A stretch of DNA of 64,000 nt, from assembly GCA_903824675.1 (NCBI GenBank), contig CAIJXV010000055.1, positions 39,395 to 103,394 on the forward strand. Direction: 5' to 3'. This document shows, piece by piece, positions 56,339 through 64,000 of the stretch. Each line of letters starts with the position of its first letter. Positions within the stretch are counted from its first letter, which is position 1. This stretch comes from an uncultured bacterium (GTDB lineage Bacteria; Verrucomicrobiota; Kiritimatiellia; CAIKKV01; CAIJXV01). A program made the translations under genes and the position numbers. Under the pieces are notes generated by a model, which saw nothing but the letters and a program-made list of their open reading frames with translations, made no database searches and had not been told where the DNA came from.

Positions 56339-56986
56339 CTAAATCCGTAAGTTCAACTTTCTGGCACAGACCAGGCCGTGCAGGCTGAGGGACCAGAAAA
56401 CAAAGGGCAATGCGCGTCCCGCAACCCAGTCGTATCCCTGGGCAGAGAGTGTTTTTCGCAGATCTGAAGGCGTCCACTGCCGGACATGTCCGGGATCAAA
56501 GGCCGCTTCCTTGAGCCGGCCGGTGGCCAACCGGGCCCATTTAAAAATACGATCATTCGGGAAAACGACGATTAATTTTCCGCCGGGTTTCAATATCCGG
56601 TGGATCTCGGTCAGCGCCCGTTCCGGTTGATCCAGATGTTCGATCACCTCAATGAAAAGCACGGCATCCTGGCTGGCATCTGCAATATTTTTCAAGTCAT
56701 AGACATCCCCGGCTTCAACGGGCAGGTTGAATTGACGACAGATGGCGATATTTTCAGGTAACACATCGATTCCGCGCAAATGGGCGGAGGGAAAACGCGC
56801 CCGGATTTTTTCCAGGGTGATCCCCTCACCACAGCCCAGGTCGAGAATGGCGGAATCGTCAGGGGTGAGGAATTCGAGAATGGCCCGGTCCCGGAAATCC
56901 CAATAGCGACGGCCCCATCCACCCTTGGCATATTGGGTGCGCTGGAGAATCTGGGACTGATGGGGTTGGGATGGGGTGACGGGCAT
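56339..56986 (-). CDS. Class I SAM-dependent methyltransferase
   Basis: LDLGCGEG, EVIEH, RILKPGG. Confidence 0.9.
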   Translation of the reverse strand: MPVTPSQPHQSQILQRTQYAKGGWGRRYWDFRDRAILEFLTPDDSAILDLGCGEGITLEKIRARFPSAHLRGIDVLPENIAICRQFNLPVEAGDVYDLKNIADASQDAVLFIEVIEHLDQPERALTEIHRILKPGGKLIVVFPNDRIFKWARLATGRLKEAAFDPGHVRQWTPSDLRKTLSAQGYDWVAGRALPFVFWSLSLHGLVCARKLNLRI

Positions 56987-56989
56987 GGG

Positions 56990-57397
56990 TCAACCGGGCG
57001 ACGCTGGGGGAATGGAGGTGGGGGGCTGTTTCTTCGGGATGGTTGGGGCCTGGCTTGCGGCTTGGGATTGCTGGAGGAGAGCGATTTGTTGGGTGAGCCG
57101 TTTGATTTGTCGCCGATGGGAGGAGATGACCAGCGAGAACTGCAGGCAGAGCAGGAGGATCACCACAAACCCCACCAGAAAGACCGTCGTGGTTGGCATA
57201 ACGGCGCCGATCATCCGGGACAGGCGGACGACCCAGTCATATTGAATGACCACCAGCATGATGCCCATCCCGATTCCCAGCCAGAGCCAGCAGTAGGCGA
57301 TATCCAGTCGGCCGCGTTGGACCAGGCGGATGATCAGGGCCAGCAAGGCGATGCCGATGATGAACGAGGCCATCATTTGTCGTAAGGTCAGCATCAT
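56990..57397 (-). CDS. DUF2304 family membrane protein
   Basis: 3 TM, L...Y..LWL, S..IS......K.LTQ.IALL; coupled to GT2. Confidence 0.8.
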   Translation of the reverse strand: MMLTLRQMMASFIIGIALLALIIRLVQRGRLDIAYCWLWLGIGMGIMLVVIQYDWVVRLSRMIGAVMPTTTVFLVGFVVILLLCLQFSLVISSHRRQIKRLTQQIALLQQSQAASQAPTIPKKQPPTSIPPASPG

Positions 57398-58200
57398 GGT
57401 TCAAGGCTCCCGGTGAGAGACGATGAATTCGGGTTCCACGTCCGGCGCCACTTACGCCAGGTGGGATAATTCAGGAGGACGATAAAGATGGACAGCAACA
57501 TTTTTAATCCGTAATAGAGCGGTTTCCATCCGGCATGCATCGAGGCGCCCCCCTCCCGCGCGCGCATGGTCACCGCCACTTCACGGATGCGCAAGCCAGC
57601 GAGATGGGCCATCAGGATCACGTCGGCATCCGGATAATCACAAGGGAAAACCCCGCTGGCGAAAAGACGCAACGTCTGTCCTCCCAGGGCCTGAAAACCG
57701 GAGGTCGGATCGGTGAAATGCCGTCCCGTGCAGAGCCGGAGGATGCCGGCGAATAGAACCTGTCCGCATCGTCTCAGGGGAGAGGTAGGAAAGGGGCCAG
57801 ACCCTGCCATAAACCGGGAGCCCAGGACCAGGTCGGCTTCTCCGGTCAGGATCGGGGCCAGGATGCGGGGGAGTTCTTCGGCCAGATGCTGGCCATCGCC
57901 GTCCATCTGCAAAACCACGTCGTAACTCTGATTCCGGGCAAAGAGATAGGCGGTTTCCAAGGCGGCGCCATAGCCGAGATTGGTTGTGAGTGGCAGGACG
58001 AATGCACCCGCCTCAGCCGCTTCGCGGGCCGTGGTGTCGTGGGAATCGTCATTGACGACCGCAATATCGACGGTGGGCAGAACACGATGGATGGAACGAA
58101 TGACCCCCCCAATCCGGCCGGCTTCATTCCGTGCAGGAATAGCCACCAGAATGCGGGTTTTCGTCTCGTTGCTGGTCAGGGACCCATCTTTTGCTTTCAC
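57394..58200 (-). CDS. GT2 glycosyltransferase, polyprenol-phosphate sugar synthase (DPM1-like)
   Basis: IPARNE, VVNDDS.D.T, NLGYGAA, QMDGDGQH, GSRF, DPTSGF, R.GG.S. Confidence 0.88.
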   Translation of the reverse strand: MKAKDGSLTSNETKTRILVAIPARNEAGRIGGVIRSIHRVLPTVDIAVVNDDSHDTTAREAAEAGAFVLPLTTNLGYGAALETAYLFARNQSYDVVLQMDGDGQHLAEELPRILAPILTGEADLVLGSRFMAGSGPFPTSPLRRCGQVLFAGILRLCTGRHFTDPTSGFQALGGQTLRLFASGVFPCDYPDADVILMAHLAGLRIREVAVTMRAREGGASMHAGWKPLYYGLKMLLSIFIVLLNYPTWRKWRRTWNPNSSSLTGSLEP

Positions 58201-58264
58201 AAGGCGACAGCATACGATAAAAAGGAAGAGATGCCATAAGAAAATGATCCCTTATGAATTATGA

Positions 58265-60265
58265 ATGATGAATGAACGACGAGTGAAATCTACCACAGAA
58301 GCTAATGTTCACAGCGGTTCTGCAGGTTCCGCTCGGTTTCAATTCTCGCGCTCCATCGGGGAGCCGGTTTTAATCGTGTTCCTCATCTTGCTGGCCTATG
58401 GCGGTAGTTTGCGGGGAGCTTTTGTTTTTGACGATATCGGAGAGGTGTTGGATGCCGGTCCGGTGCGTTCCGTTACCGGGACCATTTTGTGGCCGGTCGC
58501 GCACCCGACACGAACCGTGGGCGATCTGATGTTTCTGCTCAATCGCCGCTGGGGGGGTGTTTCGCCGATTGGTTATCACGGGGTGAATCTGGCTCTTCAC
58601 GGCTTGGTGGCGTTGTTGTTACTGGGGATTTTACGCCGCATCCTCGGTCGACTTTGTCCGATGGGCCAGACCGTGGAAACCCCGGGGGTTTGGGCTTTGA
58701 TCATTACGGCCTTATGGGCGGTTCATCCCCTCCAAACCCAGGCGGTGAGCTATATCGTCCAGCGCCATGAAATCCTGGCATCCCTGTTTTACCTGGGGAC
58801 CCTCTATGCCTACATCCGGATGCGAGAAGGGAGAGGTGTTGTTTTCTGGCGGTGGACCTGCCTGGTTTCGGCGATCCTCGGGATGGCGTCCAAGGAGATC
58901 ATGGTCACGGTCCCCTTGGCTCTGTTGGCCTACGAAAGTTTGGTTCTCCGGACGTCATGGCGGGAATTCCGCCAGCAAGCTGCGAGTTTTTGGGTTCTGC
59001 TGGCGGTGACACCTCTGGTAACGATCACATTGGTTGGGCTGGCCTTGCGAATAGTTTCAGTGCCCGGTGGGGTGCTGTCGGTGACGGCAACCCCCTGTCG
59101 CTATGCGTTGACCCAGGCCGGAGTCTGGGTCCACTATCTAAAGTTGATCGTCTGGCCCTGGCCGCTATGCCTCGATTACGGGTGGCCCATTGTTCGCGGG
59201 ATGGGGGCGGAGGTGGTTCTACCGCTGATGGCCGTTGGGCTGGGGCTGGGGGTTACGGTTTATGGGGTTTTCCGCCGCCGAGCTTGGGCGTTTTTGCCGT
59301 TGATGTTCGGTCTCGTTTTATTGCCGACGTCGAGTTTTTTGCCGTTGCCGGATGCCGCGATGGAACATCGCGTTTATCTTGCGTCGGCGTGGGTGCTAAC
59401 GGGGTTGGTATGTGGAGTGGGGTGGATGCTACGACGGTTAATGTTGCCGTCGGTCCGATGGATGAAAATGGCGGGAGTGTTATTTGTGGTGGGGGTGCTG
59501 GGCGTAGGGATTTTTTTGACCCGGGAACGGAATCGGGATTATGTCGATCCCGTTCGCTTATGGCGGGGGGCACTTGAGGTGAATCCCACAAATCAGCGGG
59601 CGTGGTTTCACTTGGGACGGGCTTGCCGGGATGCCGGTCAGATCGAAAAATCCCGTCTGGCCATGGCGGGCCTGTTGGCCTTGGGACCCGATTATACCTC
59701 TACCGATCCGGTTCAACTGGCGGAACAGGCCAGGGTCAGTGTCGACGCGCGCCGGCAGATTCGATATTATGCTCTCGCTCATACTTTTTTGGGGGTGTTG
59801 GATTTGGATCAAAACCACCCGGAATTGGCCCTGGTGCATTTGCGGAGTGCGGTTCGAGTGCATCCGGATCCCGAGGCCCTTTACAATCTGGCCCAGGCTC
59901 TGTATCGGTTGGGGACTTGGGGTGAAGCACGGGCGGTTTGCCAGCGGTTCCTGGCGTTGGAGCCCAACGATGTCGAGGGGTGGTGGCTGTGGGCCAGGAT
60001 CGCCCGTGAGCAGGGCGATGAAGGCCAGACGTCCCTGGCATTGGGAAAAGTTCTGCATTTGTCACCTGCCGATCCTACGGCCCGATATGAATTGGCCTGG
60101 TTATGGGTTACGGCGAAGGACCCTGCGAGTCGTCGGCCGGCCGAGGCCTTGCGCGTGGCCCGTGAGTTGTGGGCGGAAAGCCGGGGGCAAAGCCCAAAGG
60201 TCAGGGCGTTGTTGGAAACGGCCCAAAAGGCGGACAGCAAAGGCTTCAATCAGGGAATGGAGTAG
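58265..60265 (+). CDS. TMTC-like GT-C membrane glycosyltransferase with TPR repeats
   Basis: FVFDD, H.VNL.LH, HPLQTQAVSYIVQR, SKE, P.PL..DY, EHRVYL, C-terminal TPRs. Confidence 0.8.
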   Translation: MMNERRVKSTTEANVHSGSAGSARFQFSRSIGEPVLIVFLILLAYGGSLRGAFVFDDIGEVLDAGPVRSVTGTILWPVAHPTRTVGDLMFLLNRRWGGVSPIGYHGVNLALHGLVALLLLGILRRILGRLCPMGQTVETPGVWALIITALWAVHPLQTQAVSYIVQRHEILASLFYLGTLYAYIRMREGRGVVFWRWTCLVSAILGMASKEIMVTVPLALLAYESLVLRTSWREFRQQAASFWVLLAVTPLVTITLVGLALRIVSVPGGVLSVTATPCRYALTQAGVWVHYLKLIVWPWPLCLDYGWPIVRGMGAEVVLPLMAVGLGLGVTVYGVFRRRAWAFLPLMFGLVLLPTSSFLPLPDAAMEHRVYLASAWVLTGLVCGVGWMLRRLMLPSVRWMKMAGVLFVVGVLGVGIFLTRERNRDYVDPVRLWRGALEVNPTNQRAWFHLGRACRDAGQIEKSRLAMAGLLALGPDYTSTDPVQLAEQARVSVDARRQIRYYALAHTFLGVLDLDQNHPELALVHLRSAVRVHPDPEALYNLAQALYRLGTWGEARAVCQRFLALEPNDVEGWWLWARIAREQGDEGQTSLALGKVLHLSPADPTARYELAWLWVTAKDPASRRPAEALRVARELWAESRGQSPKVRALLETAQKADSKGFNQGME

Positions 60266-60298
60266 GGCGGGTTCACGTTGGATTAAGGAGTAATACTC

Positions 60299-62458
60299 AT
60301 GAATGATGGATTGACCTGGGTTCAGCGGGTACAACGTTGGCTACCCCTGGCTTTGATTGCGGTCGTTTTGCTGTCCTATCGAAACAGTTATTCCGGCGTA
60401 TTTGTTTTTGACGACACCGGGATCATTCAAACCAATCCGAAGGTCCAGCATCTTTGGCCGCTTTGGGATGCGGTTCTGAGGCCGACCCGCTGGCTGGCGG
60501 ATATTTCATACGCCGTTAATTTTGCTATCGGAGGGATGAATCCGGCCGACTTTCACGCGGGGAACGTACTGATCCACCTCGGTGCGACCCTGTTGTTGTT
60601 CGGCTTGATCCGACGGATGCTGAATTTGCCGTTTTGGGCGGGACGCTGGGACGGGTGTTCTCCCTTTCTGGCGGCGGCCATCGCGGGTATATGGGGCGCC
60701 CATCCGCTTCAAACCGAAAGCGTGACTTACATTGTTCAGCGGGATGAATCTTTGATGGGCTTCTTTTTCCTGCTGACCCTCTATTGTTATGTGCGCACTG
60801 TGACTTCTCCACGTCCCCGTCTCTGGGTGGATGTTTCTTTGCTGACCTGTCTCATTGGAATGGGGACCAAGGAAATGATGGTAGCGATTCCCATCTTGGT
60901 GCCCCTTTTTGATGGTATTTTTGTTTTTCCCAGTTGGCGGGATGCTTTTTCGCGTCGTTGGAAGGTGTATCTGGCATTCAGTCTTCTGTGGGGGGTCTTT
61001 TTCATTCAACTGCTCCATATTAATCCTGCGGAAATCGGATTGGAGGCAGCTCAGGGCTATCATGGGTTTACCCGGGGGGAGTATTTGTTGACGCAATTTG
61101 AGGTGATTCCCCATTATTTGCGCTTGGTTTTTTATCCAGTTGGCCAGTGCCTTGATTATATGTGGTTGCCAACCGAGAGTCTCTGGGTATGGGTTTGGCC
61201 GGGGATCGTCTTGTGGGGGATTATTGGGGCGGCCGCGATCGGGGTATTGATGCGCAAACCCATCGGATGGGTGGCGGCGGCCTTTTTACTGATTTTGGCG
61301 CCGACTTCCAGTCTGATGCCTTTGCCGGACCCGGCGGTGGAGCACCGGATGTATTTGCCGCTGGCGGCGGTGTTGGTTTTCATTGGGGTGGGGGGATACG
61401 CCGTTTTGGAGCGGATTTTAAAGTCTCGTCCTCCTCGGTGGCGCCCCTGGGGTGTTTCGCTAGGGGTTGGAGTCTGTCTGGTCGCCGTCGCTATTCTGGG
61501 GAAGATGACCTATCAGCGCAATCTCGACTACCTCTCTGAATTCCGAATGTGGCAGGATGTGGTTGAAAAACGGCCCGACAATTGGAGGGCTTACCTGGCG
61601 GTATCGAAAAGTTTGTTGCAATGCGGCCAATTTGAAAAAACCATCGAATGGGTGGATCGATTTAAAAAGAAAATCCCCGATTATGCCTCGTTCACCGATT
61701 CCGAGATAGCGGCGCTGAAAGATGCCCCCACCCGGGCGCGCGTGCGCGCCACCTATTTCACCATGATCGAGAACAATGTGGGCGTGGCCAAGTCTCAACT
61801 CGGCCGGGTGGATGAAGCGTTGGTTCATTATCGAACGGTCCTGCGGTTCACTCCTGACGATAAGGAGGCGCTCAATAACATCGGCTATGAATTGTTCCTG
61901 CGCGGGGCCACGAATGATGCCGTTCGCCATTGGTTTGCCGCATTGAATGCCGACCCCAACAATGCTCCCGCCCACGCCTTTTTGGCGATGATTTACGAAG
62001 ACCGCCAACAATGGGCGAATGCGATCCACCATTATCAGGCGGTCTTGGCTGAGAATCCCAGCCATGTTGTGTATCAATACCGGTTGGGCTGGTTATTGGC
62101 CACGGCCGAGGATGCTCAATTGCGGGATTCAGCCCAGGCCTGGGCCTTGGCCCAATCGGTCATGCGGGCCACCGAGGGGAAAAGCGTAAAGGTATGGGAT
62201 CTTCTGGGGATCCTGTATGCGGACCGGGGTGATTTCGGACAAGCCTTGAATTGTGTCGATAAAGCCCTGGCATTGATGCCGCCGGAGGAGGAGGAGGAGT
62301 CGCAGAAAACGAACAGTGTAACGCGGACCAATCTGGATCGCGACTTTCTGAAACGGTCGGACTTGGAGGAACGGAAAAAATTATACCGATCCAACCGTCC
62401 GTATTATTTGCAGGCGACCGCTTTTGCCGTTACCGGAAGTGAGATTCCGGAACATTGA
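60299..62458 (+). CDS. TMTC-like GT-C membrane glycosyltransferase with TPR repeats
   Basis: FVFDD, H..NVLIH, HPLQTESVTYIVQR, TKE, EHRMYLP, multiple TPRs; paralogue of 58265. Confidence 0.8.
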   Translation: MNDGLTWVQRVQRWLPLALIAVVLLSYRNSYSGVFVFDDTGIIQTNPKVQHLWPLWDAVLRPTRWLADISYAVNFAIGGMNPADFHAGNVLIHLGATLLLFGLIRRMLNLPFWAGRWDGCSPFLAAAIAGIWGAHPLQTESVTYIVQRDESLMGFFFLLTLYCYVRTVTSPRPRLWVDVSLLTCLIGMGTKEMMVAIPILVPLFDGIFVFPSWRDAFSRRWKVYLAFSLLWGVFFIQLLHINPAEIGLEAAQGYHGFTRGEYLLTQFEVIPHYLRLVFYPVGQCLDYMWLPTESLWVWVWPGIVLWGIIGAAAIGVLMRKPIGWVAAAFLLILAPTSSLMPLPDPAVEHRMYLPLAAVLVFIGVGGYAVLERILKSRPPRWRPWGVSLGVGVCLVAVAILGKMTYQRNLDYLSEFRMWQDVVEKRPDNWRAYLAVSKSLLQCGQFEKTIEWVDRFKKKIPDYASFTDSEIAALKDAPTRARVRATYFTMIENNVGVAKSQLGRVDEALVHYRTVLRFTPDDKEALNNIGYELFLRGATNDAVRHWFAALNADPNNAPAHAFLAMIYEDRQQWANAIHHYQAVLAENPSHVVYQYRLGWLLATAEDAQLRDSAQAWALAQSVMRATEGKSVKVWDLLGILYADRGDFGQALNCVDKALALMPPEEEEESQKTNSVTRTNLDRDFLKRSDLEERKKLYRSNRPYYLQATAFAVTGSEIPEH

Positions 62459-62783
62459 CACACAGGGGCTTACTGCCGATGAGTTCTATGGTATAGGACG
62501 TGTTGAAAGATTTGTTCTGATCCGACGGGCAGATGACCCCGCTGGTGGTTTGCTTAATGAAGGGATCCAGCATGGTGGTGGCACAGGGAGATCCTTCATT
62601 CAAGCTGTTCGCCATGGCGGCCTGTTCCTTGGCATCTTCCAGTTGACGCAGATTATTAATACAGGTGTTGGTCCGGGCTGTCCGGCGAGCTCGCATGATG
62701 GACGGGATGGACAAGGAGGCCAGCAGGGCAATCAAGGAGACCACCATCATGATCTCAACCAATGTGAACCCTTTTTTATTCAT
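62430..62783 (-). CDS. Type IV pilin-like protein (divergent paralogue)
   Basis: KG|FTLVEIMMVV...[17 protein letters not shown]..., C-terminal Cys. Confidence 0.88.
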   Translation of the reverse strand: MNKKGFTLVEIMMVVSLIALLASLSIPSIMRARRTARTNTCINNLRQLEDAKEQAAMANSLNEGSPCATTMLDPFIKQTTSGVICPSDQNKSFNTSYTIELIGSKPLCVNVPESHFR

Positions 62784-62917
62784 ACCCGCCTCTTTTCTGG
62801 CTCAACCCACCGGAGTCGAGTCATCACCGATTGCCTACCGGTATTATATTCCTGCCGAAGAACCTGATCCGGATTTGTTGGATTGCGTATGTCCCCACTC
62901 TCGCGCGGTTTCGGGAT

Positions 62918-62953
62918 AAAAAAAGCGCGAAGCTTTTTCAAGCTTCGCGCTTT
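62918..62953 (-). terminator. Rho-independent terminator after pilin 62975-63334
   Basis: + strand AAAAAAAGCGCGAAGCTTTTTCAAGCTTCGCGCTTT. Confidence 0.8.
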
Positions 62954-62974
62954 AGGGTTAACCCTCAACCCTGA

Positions 62975-63334
62975 TTACAGCGTGTGCGAAGCCGGAACGT
63001 TTTTGCACAGAGGCTTGGAGCCGATCAGGCCGATCGTATAGGAGGTGTCAAAGGACTTGGTGAAATCGGAGGGGCATTTCACGGCGGTGGTCTGACCCTT
63101 GATGAACGAATCGAGATCGGTCGAACTGACGGCAGCGCTTTCCGCGAGATTCTTTTCCATGGCGCATTGTTCTTTGGCGCCATCGAGCTGACGGAGGTTA
63201 TTGATACAGGTGCTCGTACGGGAAGCCTGGCGAGACTTCATGAACGACGGGATGGCGATCGCCGCCAACAGACCAATGATGGCCACCACGATCATAATCT
63301 CAACCAATGTGAACCCTTGTTGCATTTTCTTCAT
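62975..63334 (-). CDS. Type IV major pilin candidate
   Basis: QG|[22 protein letters not shown]; AAGGAG RBS; own sigma54 promoter and terminator. Confidence 0.92.
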   Translation of the reverse strand: MKKMQQGFTLVEIMIVVAIIGLLAAIAIPSFMKSRQASRTSTCINNLRQLDGAKEQCAMEKNLAESAAVSSTDLDSFIKGQTTAVKCPSDFTKSFDTSYTIGLIGSKPLCKNVPASHTL

Positions 63335-63406
63335 CGCATTGCTCCTTATGTTGTTTGTTTATTGTTTGGTCTGCGATTGACCATAACAACTTGTTACCAT
63401 GCATTA

Positions 63407-63422
63407 AGCAGGCATTGTGCCA
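63407..63422 (-). promoter_or_regulatory. Sigma54 (-24/-12) promoter of pilin
   Basis: TGGCACAATGCCTGCT (GG-N10-GC). Confidence 0.75.
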
Positions 63423-63609
63423 AGTTTATATTATACGATAAAATACCACTTTTAGGTAAATTTAGCTAATATATCGCCGTGTTTTCCATTAAACATATTT
63501 TCTCATTTATTAACTATGAGAACTTTAGCGTCAAAAAAACAGTAATTTTCAACATAAATCTAATCAATAGTGATTAACATGTTGATGATTAAATAGTTAT
63601 GTCGATATG

Positions 63610-63653
63610 TCATCTTTGAGAAAAATATTCTGATTTGCACATCATCTTTGAGA
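63610..63653. promoter_or_regulatory. 12-bp direct repeat, candidate activator sites
   Basis: TCATCTTTGAGA at 63610-63621 and 63642-63653. Confidence 0.5.
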
Positions 63654-63674
63654 GCTGAAATTGTATATAAAAAC

Positions 63675-63708
63675 AAAAAAAGGCGAAACTTTTTAAAGTT
63701 TCGCCTTT
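63675..63708 (-). terminator. Rho-independent terminator after pilin 63731->64000
   Basis: + strand AAAAAAAGGCGAAACTTTTTAAAGTTTCGCCTTT. Confidence 0.8.
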
Positions 63709-63730
63709 GAGTTGATTTAGGTAATCCGAA

Positions 63731-64000
63731 TTACAGCGTGTGCGAAGCCGGAACGTTTTGGCATAACGGCTTGGAACCGATTAGGCCGATCGTGTAGGAG
63801 GTGTCAAAGGACTTGGTGAAATCGGAGGGGCATTTCACGGCGGTGGTCTGACCCTTGATGAACGAATCGAGATCGGTCGAGCTGACGGCAGCGCTTTCCG
63901 CGAGATTCTTTTCCATGGCGCATTGCTCTTTGGCGCCATCGAGCTGACGGAGGTTATTGATACAGGTGCTCGTACGGGAAGCCTGGCGAGACTTCATGAA
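63731..64000 (-). CDS. Type IV pilin, near-identical copy of 62975-63334 (5' end outside window)
   Basis: The visible 88 aa differ from the neighbour by one residue (K/Q). Confidence 0.9.
   Translation of the reverse strand, partial: FMKSRQASRTSTCINNLRQLDGAKEQCAMEKNLAESAAVSSTDLDSFIKGQTTAVKCPSDFTKSFDTSYTIGLIGSKPLCQNVPASHTL

Noticed and set aside
1-64000. CRISPR arrays, tRNA/rRNA, IS/integrase, reverse transcriptase or DGR
   Set aside because: No regularly spaced repeats or recognisable motifs seen by eye; pilin copy differences are not adenine-specific.

Overview
GC-rich Gram-negative bacterial chromosomal window. The protein styles suggest a PVC-superphylum organism such as Kiritimatiellia/Verrucomicrobiota (inference only). 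Order: tolQ-tolR-tolA-tolB-pal; tatA-tatC; a ceramidase-like hydrolase with MFS and MATE transporters; a paired SMR-like module; an outer-membrane barrel; a TRIC protein; an AraC regulator divergent from a ~2150-aa glycine-rich secreted protein; a NamZ + MurU-AmgK fusion; a degenerate hybrid kinase; a sugar-catabolic cluster (Gfo/Idh/MocA, two TIM-barrel epimerase-like proteins, GH50-like, GH38-like); yqeY; a mannonate-type SDR. The last ~30 kb (34.5-64 kb) is a type IV pilus-like locus. It reads pilV/pilW/pilX-like, pilMNOP, an Ig-like lipoprotein, a ~3100-aa LamG/Ca-binding/NHL protein broken by a frameshift in a C9 tract, then a secretin. Next to it are a GT2/DUF2304/methyltransferase/radical-SAM block, two TMTC-like GT-C/TPR proteins and three tandem pilin genes. 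Three sigma54-type promoters and a shared upstream motif lie in its AT-rich intergenic regions. No tRNA, rRNA, CRISPR array or transposase was recognised.
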